Shown one piece after another: positions 23,963-32,000 of a DNA stretch of 32,000 bases. Below the pieces are notes generated by a model. That model did no database searches and was not told the DNA's origin. It worked only from the letters and a program-made list of their open reading frames with translations. Positions within the stretch are counted from its first letter, which is position 1; each line of letters opens with the position of its first letter. The position numbers and the translations under genes are program-made. The DNA comes from Thermoanaerobaculia bacterium (lineage in GTDB: Bacteria > Acidobacteriota > Thermoanaerobaculia > Multivoradales > UBA5704). Location of the stretch: the NCBI GenBank assembly GCA_035264905.1, contig DATFPH010000324.1:1-32000 (forward strand), in the 5' to 3' direction.

Positions 23963-25237
23963 CTAGTCGCCGAGCCGCTGCGCCGAGATACCGGCGTGTT
24001 TGTTCGGGAAGCCTTCCCACACCGCGAGCACGCCGTCGGTCGGGTGGGCGGCGAGGGAGGTGCGGTACTGGGCGTCGACGCGGAAGGTGCTGACGTTGAT
24101 CTCGTCGCTGAACGGTGAGCCGTCGGCGTTGAGCTCGCGGCCGCGCACGGCGCGCGGGAAGCTCGAGTCCCACAGCATCCAGGCCGCGATGTACGTGCCG
24201 CGCGGCGTCGCCACGAGCGACGGGTCGTACTCGTACTCCAGGGCGCCGTGCGAGACCTCGATCTGGCCGCCGATCTTCTGGCCGGCGCTGTCGAGGCGCT
24301 GGCCGTAGATGCGGGTGCGGAGGCGCTCGCCGGTCGCGCCCTGCCACAGGACCATGAAGCCCTGGCCCTCGATGAACGCCGCGGCCGGACGGTTCTGACG
24401 GCCGGCCGTCGTCGAGTTGATCCGCTGCGCGGCGCCGAGCGCCTCACCCTGCACGCTGTAGAGCCGGCCGAAGACGCCAGGCCCGCTGCCGTCCGTCGCA
24501 TCCCAGACGATCAGCACGCGACCCGCGGAGTCGGAAGCGAGCGCGGCGTTGCCCGACAGGTCGCCGGCCGTCGGGTTCACACGGAACGGCCGTCCGAGCG
24601 GATTGCCCGACGCGTCGAGGAAGCGCGCGAAGACGCCGTCGCCGACGGTCGTGGCGGTGTTCTGGTCATCCGACTGCCAGACCACGGCGGTCGTGCCCGC
24701 CGCCGTGCGCAGCACGCGCGCCTTGCTCTGGAAGCCCGGAGCGCCCTGGCCCACCACGAGGGTGCGCCCGTTGATCTGCTGGCCGTTCGCATCGAAGTGC
24801 GCGGCGCGGATGTCCTGGGTGAGCAGGGTGCGGGTGTCATGGAACGGCACCGACTTGAGATAGGAGCGCTCTCGGGTCCAGAACACCCAGAAGGTCCCAT
24901 CCGCCTCATAGAGGACAGCCGGCTCTTTATGCGCCAACACGATACCCTCGCCGGGGATCGACGGGAGGTTCGTGTTGCCCAGCAGCCGCATCTCGGGGCC
25001 GCTCGCGGCACCGGGGTCCGCGAGAGACACCTGGCGTCCCATGATCCCGAGCCGGGTGTTGGCCCAGACCACGAGAGCACCGCCCTGGCCGTCGAGAGCT
25101 GCTACGGGGTAGCGCTGTCGCGGCGTGTCATTGACACTGATCCTCCACTCGGTTCCGACGCGGCCCGCCGCTGTGGCAAGACCGACGCCCAAAGCAACCA
25201 GCAGCAGGAAGGAGAACGCAATTCGTCGCACGAGCAC
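23963..25237 (-). CDS. Secreted repeat protein (beta-propeller-like internal repeats)
   Basis: 424 aa. Signal/TM MLVRRIAFSFLLLVALGVGLATAAG. Recurrent blocks of the type ..VVW......GI.GR......G...G..F.VN (ALVVWANTRLGIMGRQV; AVVWQSDDQ...GVFARFLDASGNPLGRPFRVN; VLIVWDATDGSGPGVFGRLYSVQGEALGAAQRIN; MVLWQGATGE...IYGQRLDSAGQKIGGQIEV; LAVWEGFPNKHAGISAQRL). Confidence 0.65.
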   Translation of the reverse strand: MLVRRIAFSFLLLVALGVGLATAAGRVGTEWRISVNDTPRQRYPVAALDGQGGALVVWANTRLGIMGRQVSLADPGAASGPEMRLLGNTNLPSIPGEGIVLAHKEPAVLYEADGTFWVFWTRERSYLKSVPFHDTRTLLTQDIRAAHFDANGQQINGRTLVVGQGAPGFQSKARVLRTAAGTTAVVWQSDDQNTATTVGDGVFARFLDASGNPLGRPFRVNPTAGDLSGNAALASDSAGRVLIVWDATDGSGPGVFGRLYSVQGEALGAAQRINSTTAGRQNRPAAAFIEGQGFMVLWQGATGERLRTRIYGQRLDSAGQKIGGQIEVSHGALEYEYDPSLVATPRGTYIAAWMLWDSSFPRAVRGRELNADGSPFSDEINVSTFRVDAQYRTSLAAHPTDGVLAVWEGFPNKHAGISAQRLGD

Positions 25238-25376
25238 CTCCTTTTGGGGGAATACAGCGTATGGTTCTATAGCATCTTAGGTGCCCAGCGAAAGACTGTC
25301 AAGCGGGGCGGACCGGCGAGAGACCGTCCTGCGGGGCTGCGGCCGAGAGATTCTCCTCGGAACGATCTTCGCTGCA

Positions 25377-26648
25377 TCAAGGGCAGGCGACGGCTGCGGC
25401 TCCCAGCGTCCCGGCGTTGCTCACCGTCATGCGGAAGCAGCTCCCGTTGGGCGATCGGAGGATCACGCCGTTGCCGACGGTGCTGACGTAGAGATCGCCG
25501 CTCGCCACCTGGAGCTTTGCCCCGGGGACCGAGGTGCCGACGCCGACCTTGCCGTTGCTCAGCACCATGAGCCGCGTGACGCCTCCCGTACGCACGCGCA
25601 GGGCATCCTCTCCGGAATCGGTGTTGACCGTGAGACGCGCCTTGGTGCCCTGGTCCGGTCCGATCTGGACCCATGCCTGGTCGTCGACCTCGAATTCCGG
25701 CGAGGCGGAGCCGGCGAGCCGCACGGTAAGCGCGTCGGTCCCGGCGGGCGGGCTGATCTCGACTGCATGCCCGTTATCGAACCGATAGGTCGAATGCGCG
25801 GTGCTCTGGTCGACTACTCCGATCCCTGAATAGTAGTTGTCGACCAGGGTCGTCTCGATCGCCGACGGACCGAGGATCACAGCCCTGCTGGTCGCATCGC
25901 AAAGATCCAGGCGCGGATCCACCCAGCACTCGAAGCGGTTGTTCGTGATGTGTGTGCTGACGGCTTCGGTGAAAATGGCGGCGTCGGAGTTGCTTTCCAT
26001 CCGAACGCCATGGATCAGAGTGTCGTTCACCACTCCCGCGTTGACACCGTAGCGCCCGGCTTGAGACGAGATGCCACCCGTGATGCGCCAGCTGTTCGAG
26101 CCCGCGGTGAGCTGGTAGTTGTCCGTATTGCTCAACGAGACGTTGCAGTTGTCGGCGAAAACCGAGAGCGAGCCCTCACCATAAACGCCGATGTCGAACC
26201 CGCGCACCACCACCTGGCGCAGGAAGACGATGTTGGATCCGGTCAGATCGATCCCGCGCGCCGAGGTCTGGAATCCGTTGATAGGAGTGAACGAACCTTC
26301 GATGTCCAGGTCCTCGATCACCACGTAAGCGTCGCCGCTTGGAGCGATCGAAAGCGCACTGCCGGCCGCGAGGCCCTGGAAGGCGAGCACGGCGTTTCCC
26401 TGGGGGCCCTTGCCCATCATGCGGAAACGTCGCGGAAGCACCAGAGGAGAGAGGTTCTGATAGTCGCGATCGACGATCAGCATCCCCCCCTCGCCGGCGG
26501 CGTTGATCGCAGCCTGCAAGGTCGGGTGTTGACTCGCGATCTCGATGTTATCGGTGAACGGTTGCGCCCCGGCCGCCGGCACCAGCGAAAAGGCGGCAAG
26601 CGCCAGCCCGAGAGCGGCACACCAGGTCGTCGTCTTTCTCATTTTCAT
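25377..26648 (-). CDS. Secreted right-handed beta-helix-like protein with a tail-fibre-like C-terminal segment
   Basis: 423 aa. Signal peptide MKMRKTTTWCAALGLALAAFSLVPAAGAQ. Short repetitive strands (IEDLDIEGS, GIDLTGSNIVFLRQVVVRGFDIGVYGEG, ADNCNVSLSN, ITGGISSQAGRYGVNAG) resemble pectate-lyase-fold repeats. The C-terminus is NGKVGVGTSVPGAKLQVASGDLYV...GVILRSPNGSCFRMTVSNAGTL. Confidence 0.55.
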   Translation of the reverse strand: MKMRKTTTWCAALGLALAAFSLVPAAGAQPFTDNIEIASQHPTLQAAINAAGEGGMLIVDRDYQNLSPLVLPRRFRMMGKGPQGNAVLAFQGLAAGSALSIAPSGDAYVVIEDLDIEGSFTPINGFQTSARGIDLTGSNIVFLRQVVVRGFDIGVYGEGSLSVFADNCNVSLSNTDNYQLTAGSNSWRITGGISSQAGRYGVNAGVVNDTLIHGVRMESNSDAAIFTEAVSTHITNNRFECWVDPRLDLCDATSRAVILGPSAIETTLVDNYYSGIGVVDQSTAHSTYRFDNGHAVEISPPAGTDALTVRLAGSASPEFEVDDQAWVQIGPDQGTKARLTVNTDSGEDALRVRTGGVTRLMVLSNGKVGVGTSVPGAKLQVASGDLYVSTVGNGVILRSPNGSCFRMTVSNAGTLGAAAVACP

Positions 26649-26872
26649 GGCTCTGCTCCTTGGTTCGCGAGGCCGATGACCCGATACGGGCGCGGGCCCC
26701 GCGGATCACGGGGAATCGCCACCAAGCAGGTCCGCCTCACGGTGCTCTTCAGAGATATAGGCTGCGCTGGACCCGCGGGTGTTACATGCAGCTGGCAGGG
26801 GTGCGGCACGCGGGCCCCTTGGCCGGTCAGCGAGGCATCTCTAGGATCGAACTTGCTGCCAGGCTCCAGGGG

Positions 26873-27715
26873 TTAGCGGAGGCCAAACAGGTACAGGAGC
26901 GCGGCATATCCGCTGGGCAGAGGCCGGGGCGGCGCCTGGAGATCCGCGTAGCGCACGGCCATTTCGAGAAAGAACCGGGCATGGAAGAACGCTTCCAGGA
27001 TCGGCCGGGTTACCTCCGTCCAGCGTGCGTTGTCCTCTGGCTCGAATCGCTTCCCGGTTCCCGATTCGATGATCTGGACGAACCAGGGGTTGAGCGGAAG
27101 GCCAGGAGCGAGCGCCTGCAGCCGGTCGCGGATCGTCCGCGTCTGATGCTGCAGCCCGTACACCTTGAAACTCTGATGGTAAAAGCGATAGACGGGGTCC
27201 TCGTAGCCCCAGTGATCGCTCGACCCTTCGAGCAGCTTTTGAAGCTCGCTCCGGTCGCGTCGCAGGCTCAGGAGCAAGGCTTCTTCGGCGTCGTCCCCGG
27301 TGGTGGCGCCTGGAGGGGTATAGGGTTCGGTTTCGAGCACGGCATCTTTAGGAGGCACCGGGAACGGCCACGGGAGCGGCTCCCAATCCAGATCGCGCTC
27401 GGGAAGGCTGGGATCAGGGCGTACTTCTTCCATAGGGCGGATCCATTCGACCTGGCCATGCGTGAAGCGGGCGACGTACTCGACCCACTCCTTGTCTTTG
27501 GACGTGTAGAACCTGATGTCGCCATGAAGCGGCCACTCGACGTCGCGGTCCGGTTCTCCCCTCCCGCCGCGCCGTGCATGGCGTATCAACCGGCCGTCCC
27601 GGGTGATCGTGTAGGTGCCGAGGAAGCACTCCAGGTCCTTCGTTTGGAACTCCAGACCCTGGTGTTCTATAACCGGGAGCGGATACTCGCAGTGGACGGT
27701 GTCGAAGAGGCCCAT
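26873..27715 (-). CDS. Hypothetical protein (two apparent modules, function unknown)
   Basis: 280-aa ORF with coding-like composition (MGLFDTVHCEYPLP...FQTKDLECFLGTYTITRDGRL...). No motif I can assign. Confidence 0.55.
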   Translation of the reverse strand: MGLFDTVHCEYPLPVIEHQGLEFQTKDLECFLGTYTITRDGRLIRHARRGGRGEPDRDVEWPLHGDIRFYTSKDKEWVEYVARFTHGQVEWIRPMEEVRPDPSLPERDLDWEPLPWPFPVPPKDAVLETEPYTPPGATTGDDAEEALLLSLRRDRSELQKLLEGSSDHWGYEDPVYRFYHQSFKVYGLQHQTRTIRDRLQALAPGLPLNPWFVQIIESGTGKRFEPEDNARWTEVTRPILEAFFHARFFLEMAVRYADLQAPPRPLPSGYAALLYLFGLR

Positions 27716-27765
27716 GGCTGACGTTCCCTCCGGATCAGATTCTGTCGCATCTTGACGTTACACAG

Positions 27766-28101
27766 ATGTTTTGGCCACCGCGGGTTGTGAACGGCGTCAG
27801 GCATGATTCGCTGACGATCTTTTTTGGCTCCGGAATCTCATTGGCGTCCGGCATCCCTGACTGGACGGGCCTCCTCCGGCAGGTGGGGCTCGATGCTGAG
27901 GTCGAAAGAGATCCCAGCGCGACCGGAGACCTGCTAACGCTGGCTGAACTCACGGCGCACGCAGTAGGGGCGGACCCGCTTCAGAGGGCGGTTCGTCACG
28001 CATTAAAACAACCGCTTCGGTTGCCGACAACCGCTCATTTCCTGCTCGCTGCGTTGCACTTGCCCTTATATGTAACCTTCCCTGATCACGATGTCGGGTG
28101 A
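27766..28101 (+). pseudogene. Truncated SIR2-like (SIR2_2 family) gene: N-terminal about 105 aa only
   Basis: LTIFFGSGISLASGIPDWTGLLRQVGL matches the N-terminal glycine-rich NAD-binding motif of prokaryotic SIR2_2 proteins (GAGxS..sGxPxW..LL). TTAHFLLAALHLPLYVT then runs up to where the TTNYD motif is expected. Instead it reads FPDHDVG-stop. Confidence 0.55.
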
Positions 28102-28250
28102 AGTTGCGGTGCTATCCGCAAAGACCATTCTCTAAGCATAACACATGCGGGAGAAAAAGAACGTACTGGCAATGCAGTCTCGTGCAACGCACAACGGACT
28201 GGTAACGAAAAGGCGTGACGGCGAGAGAGTCTCGTGGTATCCTTGCCAGC

Positions 28251-28484
28251 ATGAAGCCACTTCCCGTAGCCGAGATTTTGGAGCTCCCCGTTGCCGAACG
28301 GATGCGGCTCGTCGAGATCATCTGGGACAGCATTGCGGCGGTCCCGGAGGCCGTCCCGGTATCTGACGATCTGAAGGCCGACCTGGACCGCCGACTCGCT
28401 GAGTTTGAGGCCGATCCTGAGGCGGGCCTTCCCTGGAACGAGGTGCGTGAGCGCATCCTGCAGGGGCGATGGCGTACCGACTGA
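28251..28484 (+). CDS. Putative addiction-module antitoxin component (TIGR02574-like)
   Basis: Start at ATG 28251. MKPLPVAEILELPVAERMRLVEIIWDSIAAVPEAVPVSDDLKADLDRRLAEFEADPEAGLPWNEVRERI is the family pattern. It overlaps the downstream toxin gene by 16 nt. Confidence 0.75.
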   Translation: MKPLPVAEILELPVAERMRLVEIIWDSIAAVPEAVPVSDDLKADLDRRLAEFEADPEAGLPWNEVRERILQGRWRTD

Positions 28485-28768
28485 CTCTCTCAGCCCGGGC
28501 AGTTCGCGAGATCGGTGAAGCTTACGAGTGGTACGAAGAACAGGTGCCGGGCCTGGGACACGACCTCATCGAGATGCTGGAAGCCCTATTCGAGCTCATC
28601 GCCGGGTCGCCTGGGCTCTATGCCGAGACGCAGCGTGGAGTCCGGCGCGCACTCTTGTCGCGTTTCCCCTACGGCGTGTTCTACGCGACAAAGGGTGACA
28701 TCGTGTCCGTCCTGGGTGTCGTCCATACTTCACGCGACCCACGCCGCTGGCCCCGGCGGCTCTCCTGA
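28469..28768 (+). CDS. ParE/RelE-family type II toxin
   Basis: 99 aa. LSARAVREIGEAYEWYEEQVPGLGHDLIEMLEALFELIAGSPGLYAETQRGVRRALLSRFPYGVFYATKGDIVSVLGVVHTSRDP is the typical RelE/ParE-fold toxin pattern. Confidence 0.75.
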   Translation: MAYRLTLSARAVREIGEAYEWYEEQVPGLGHDLIEMLEALFELIAGSPGLYAETQRGVRRALLSRFPYGVFYATKGDIVSVLGVVHTSRDPRRWPRRLS

Positions 28769-28870
28769 TAATCCAGCATGCTCGCCGCGGCGCGGCATCT
28801 TTTTCCGCGCCGCGACAAGAGCCTGTCTACACCCCTCCGCGCTATACTTCCGCCGAAGGGAGAAGACCTC

Positions 28871-30811
28871 ATGGCGAAGCGCAACACCCGGCTCACCACA
28901 CCGCTTGTCCGCGAGGACGGCGTGCTCCGTCCCGCGACCTGGGACGAGGCTCTCGATCGAGCGGCGCAGGGGTTCCGTTCGGCGGTGGAGACGAAGGGGG
29001 GGCAGACGTTCGGCCTCTTCAGCTGCTCCAAGACGACGAACGAGATGAACTACCTGGCGCAGAAGTTCGCTCGGGCGGTGATCGGGAGCAACAACATCGA
29101 TAGCTGCAACCGGACCTGACACGCCCCCAGCGTCGTCGGTCTGGCGACGGTTTTCGGTTTGGGTGGCGGGACGAGCTCCTATCGGGAGATCGAGGAGACG
29201 GATGTCATTCTCCTGTGGGGCAGCAATGCCCGGGAGACGCATCCGATCTTCTTCCATCACGTGCTCAAGGGCATCCACAACGGGGCGCGGATGTATGCCG
29301 TGGATCCCCGCAGGACGTCGTCCGCGCAATGGGCCGTTGGGCATCTCCCTCTCCACGTGGGCACGGACGTGGCGCTGGCCAATGCGGTGGCGCGCGAGAT
29401 CCTTGCGGCCGGCCTGGAGAACCGCAGCTTCATCGAGAACGCGACCAGCGGCTTCGAGGACTTCCAGCGGCACGTGGAGCCCTATACCCTCGAATTTGCC
29501 GAGGGGGTGACCGGCGTGCCGGCGGCGCTGATCCGCGAGATGGCGCACGCGTATGCCCGCGCCGACCGCGCGCAGCTCTGCTGGACGCTCGGCATCACCG
29601 AGCACCACAACGCGGTGGACAACGTGCGGGCGCTGATCAATCTCTCCCTGCTCACCGGCCACGTGGGCCGCTGGGGCTCCGGGGTGTGCCCGCTGCGCGG
29701 ACAGAACAACGTGCAGGGGGGCGGTGACATGGGCGCGCTGCCCGATCGCCTGCCGGGCGTCCAGCACGTCGAGAACGATGAGCTGCGCGCCAAGTTCGAA
29801 CAGGCGTGGGGCTGCACGATCCCTCCGAAAAAGGGGCTGCACCTCTCCGGCATGTTCGAGGCGATGGAGCGGGGCGATTTCACGGCGCTCTATGTGATCG
29901 GCGAGAACCCGGCCAACTCCGAGGCGGATCAGCACCATGCGATCCATCTGCTCGAGAGCCTGGAGATCCTCGTGGTGCAGGACATGCTCCTCACCGCCAC
30001 CGCCGAGCTGGCGGACGTGGTGCTGCCGGCGGCCGCTGGGTGGTGCGAGTCCGAGGGCACGGTGACGAACAGCGAGCGCCGGGTGCAGCGTGTGCGCCGC
30101 GCCCTGCCGCCGCCTCCGGGCGTGCGCGACGACATCGAGATCCTCTGCGAGCTGGCCCGCCGCCTGGGAAAGGACCTCGGGAATCCGACGGCCGAGGAGA
30201 TCTGGGCCGAGCTGCGCTCGCTCAGCCCCGTCCACGCCGGCATGACCTACGCGCGGCTGGAGGAGCTCAACGGCATCCAGTGGCCCTGTTACGACGAGAC
30301 ACATCCGGGCGAGAGCTATCTGCACGGTCGGCTGTGGGAGAGGCCCGCTCTCGGTCCGCTGGCGCCGTTCGACTGCGTGGACCACCAACTTCCCTTCGAG
30401 GAGCTCTCGGAGGAGTTCCCCATGCGCCTGACCACGGGCCGGCGGCTGGATTCCTACAACACAGGGGTGCAGACCGGTCACTACTCCTCGCCGCTGCGGA
30501 TGGGCGAGACGATCGATCTCCATCCCGCGGACGCCCAGCGTCTGGGAGTCTCCCCGGGGGAGATCGTGCGCGTGGTCTCGGCTCGTGGCTCGGTCCTGGC
30601 GCCGGTGCGCCTGGACGATGGATTGCGGCCCGGTCTGGCCTTCATGACGTTCCACTTCCCCGACCAGGTGGCGACCAATCATCTCACCGTGGACGCCAAG
30701 GACCCGCTCTCCGGGACCTCGGAGTTCAAAGCCGCGGCGGTGCGGATCGAGCCGGTCGTGCGGCCGATCGCCGCCGCGGAGGCCACGGCGACCGCTCCGG
30801 TGGCGGTCTAA
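28871..30811 (+). CDS. fdhF: Formate dehydrogenase catalytic (alpha, FdhF-type) subunit with in-frame TGA selenocysteine; N-terminal Fe4S4 domain absent
   Basis: Track ORFs 28778..29119 and 29159..30811 are one frame, joined across TGA 29117-29119. NNIDSCNRT-U-HAPSVVGLATVFG parallels E. coli FdhF NNVDCCARV-U-HGPSVAGLHQSVG. Further matches: RGQNNVQGGGDMGALP and the C-terminal molybdopterin-binding region. ATG 28871 has GGGAGAAG upstream. The protein begins at NTRLTTPLVREDGVLRPATWDEALD, which sits about 60 aa into FdhF, after the CxxCxxxC...C cluster motif. Confidence 0.85.
29131..29149 (+). promoter_or_regulatory. SECIS-like hairpin downstream of the UGA codon
   Basis: cgtcgtc / ggcgacg stem (5 Watson-Crick + 2 wobble pairs) with apical GGUCU, beginning 11 nt after TGA 29117-29119. 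The GGUC-containing apical loop resembles the E. coli fdhF SECIS. Confidence 0.6.
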
Positions 30812-30829
30812 GGGAGAACGAGAGAACGA

Positions 30830-32000
30830 ATGGATCTGCACTTCACGGCAGACGAACCGACACCGGACGAGAGGGCGGCGATCGATGGTTGTCTCGCCGC
30901 CCTTTTCTTGAATGGTGATCCCAGACGGCGCAGACAGTATCTGCTCCCCGTCCTGCATGCGATCCAGGGGCGCGTGGGGTGGATCAGCCTGGGAGCACTC
31001 AATCATGCGTGCCGCGCCCTGGAGGTCCCCCCCGCTGAGGCGTTCGGCGTGGCCGATTTCTACGCGCTGTTCCAGACCCGGCCGCATCCGCCGGTGGCCG
31101 TGCACGTCTGCGATGACATCGGCTGCCGGTTCTCTGGCGGCGAGATCCTTTGCGGGGAGATGGAGCAGGCGATCGGTCCCGCGGGGACGAGCCCGGACGG
31201 CCGCGTCACCTGGCACCGCAGCCCCTGCCTCGGGATGTGCGAGCTCGCACCTGCGGCTTTGGTGATCGCCGCCGGAGACCCGCCGCGGGATCAGGCGCTG
31301 GCGCCGGCCACGGGCGCGGAGGTCCTGTTCGCGGCCGCCGGCCAGTCGGTCCCACCGGTCGCCCTCTCCCGCTCGGTGCCGCAGGTGGGGCAGCCCGGGT
31401 TGACGCTGTTGCGCCGGGTCGGGCAGATCGATCCTATGAGCATCGACGAGTACCGCGCAGCCGGCGGCTTCCTGGCGTTGCGCCGGGCGATCGAGATGGG
31501 CCCCGACCGGGTGGTGCGCGAGGTGATCGATTCGAAGCTGGTCGGCCGCGGCGGCGCCGCGTTTCCGACCGGACAGAAGTGGCTGGGCGCGCGCTCGGCG
31601 CCGCTGCCGCGCTATCTCGTCTGCAACGCGGACGAGTCCGAGCCGGGAACGTTCAAGGACCGCGTGATCATGGAGCACGATCCGTTCTCCCTGATCGAAG
31701 CGATGACGATCGCGGGCTTCGCGACCGGCTGCGAGCGCGGGTATCTCTACATCCGCGGCGAATATCCGCTCGCGACCGAACGGCTTCAGAACGCGATCCG
31801 CCGCTGTTACGAGCGCGGCTTCCTCGGCGAGAACGTCCTCGGGGACGGCGTGCGCTTCGAGCTGGAGCTGCGGCGCGGCGCCGGAGCCTACATCTGCGGC
31901 GAGGAAACGGCCCTGATGAATTCGATCGAAGGGCGCCGCGGCGAGCCGCGCAACAAGCCGCCGTTCCCGACGCAGGTCGGCCTCTTCGGTCAGCCCACGG
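30830..32000 (+). CDS. NuoE-like [2Fe-2S] + NuoF-like (FMN/NAD-binding) fusion, diaphorase subunit (3' end outside window)
   Basis: Not in the ORF track because there is no stop in the window. Hand translation from ATG 30830: [20 protein letters not shown]... NuoE cysteines VHVCDDIGC and [11 protein letters not shown]. NuoF motifs [32 protein letters not shown] and [31 protein letters not shown]. Starts 19 nt after the fdhF stop. Confidence 0.85.
   Translation, partial: MDLHFTADEPTPDERAAIDGCLAALFLNGDPRRRRQYLLPVLHAIQGRVGWISLGALNHACRALEVPPAEAFGVADFYALFQTRPHPPVAVHVCDDIGCRFSGGEILCGEMEQAIGPAGTSPDGRVTWHRSPCLGMCELAPAALVIAAGDPPRDQALAPATGAEVLFAAAGQSVPPVALSRSVPQVGQPGLTLLRRVGQIDPMSIDEYRAAGGFLALRRAIEMGPDRVVREVIDSKLVGRGGAAFPTGQKWLGARSAPLPRYLVCNADESEPGTFKDRVIMEHDPFSLIEAMTIAGFATGCERGYLYIRGEYPLATERLQNAIRRCYERGFLGENVLGDGVRFELELRRGAGAYICGEETALMNSIEGRRGEPRNKPPFPTQVGLFGQPT

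Overview
High-GC bacterial chromosomal window; the phylum cannot be assigned by eye. G+C is 44/60 in the sampled line 13441-13500. Most of the window is core-like. It holds a TPP enzyme (5' end outside the window), a GT-C membrane glycosyltransferase, and a secreted VIT-vWA-TPR-DUF2135 protein coupled to a double-M16 peptidase. It also holds an ECF-sigma/FecR/TonB-transducer module, several secreted beta-rich proteins, a selenocysteine formate dehydrogenase gene and a NuoE/NuoF-like fusion that runs off the 3' end and is missing from the ORF track. Two lower-GC accessory patches interrupt this. Patch 1 (about 3.6-11.1 kb; 24/60 G+C in line 7801-7860) contains two diverged ~178-nt direct repeats (4339-4515 and 10886-11063) that enclose most of its genes. 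It carries a DUF1801 gene, a frameshifted and truncated SAM-methyltransferase remnant, a stand-alone PD-(D/E)xK nuclease and a ParE-type TA pair. Its most interesting content is a six-gene minus-strand cassette (7056-10751) built around a TIR + histidine-kinase fusion. That fusion is interleaved with three small multi-TM proteins, a receiver-like/Fis-HTH protein and a 250-aa protein with an Rx4H (HEPN-like) motif. I flag this cassette as the best candidate for an undescribed system. Directly right of patch 1 is a 924-nt array of 44 perfectly phased 21-nt units (11284-12207), closed by a terminator-like hairpin + T6. No single ORF spans it and it is not CRISPR-like. Patch 2 (26.9-28.8 kb) holds an unknown 280-aa protein, a truncated SIR2-like gene and a second ParE/RelE TA pair. 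It abuts the formate dehydrogenase gene, which appears to lack its N-terminal Fe4S4 domain. Many long ORFs in the track are antisense or off-frame shadows typical of high-GC DNA and were rejected. All domain calls come from motif recognition by eye, not database searches.
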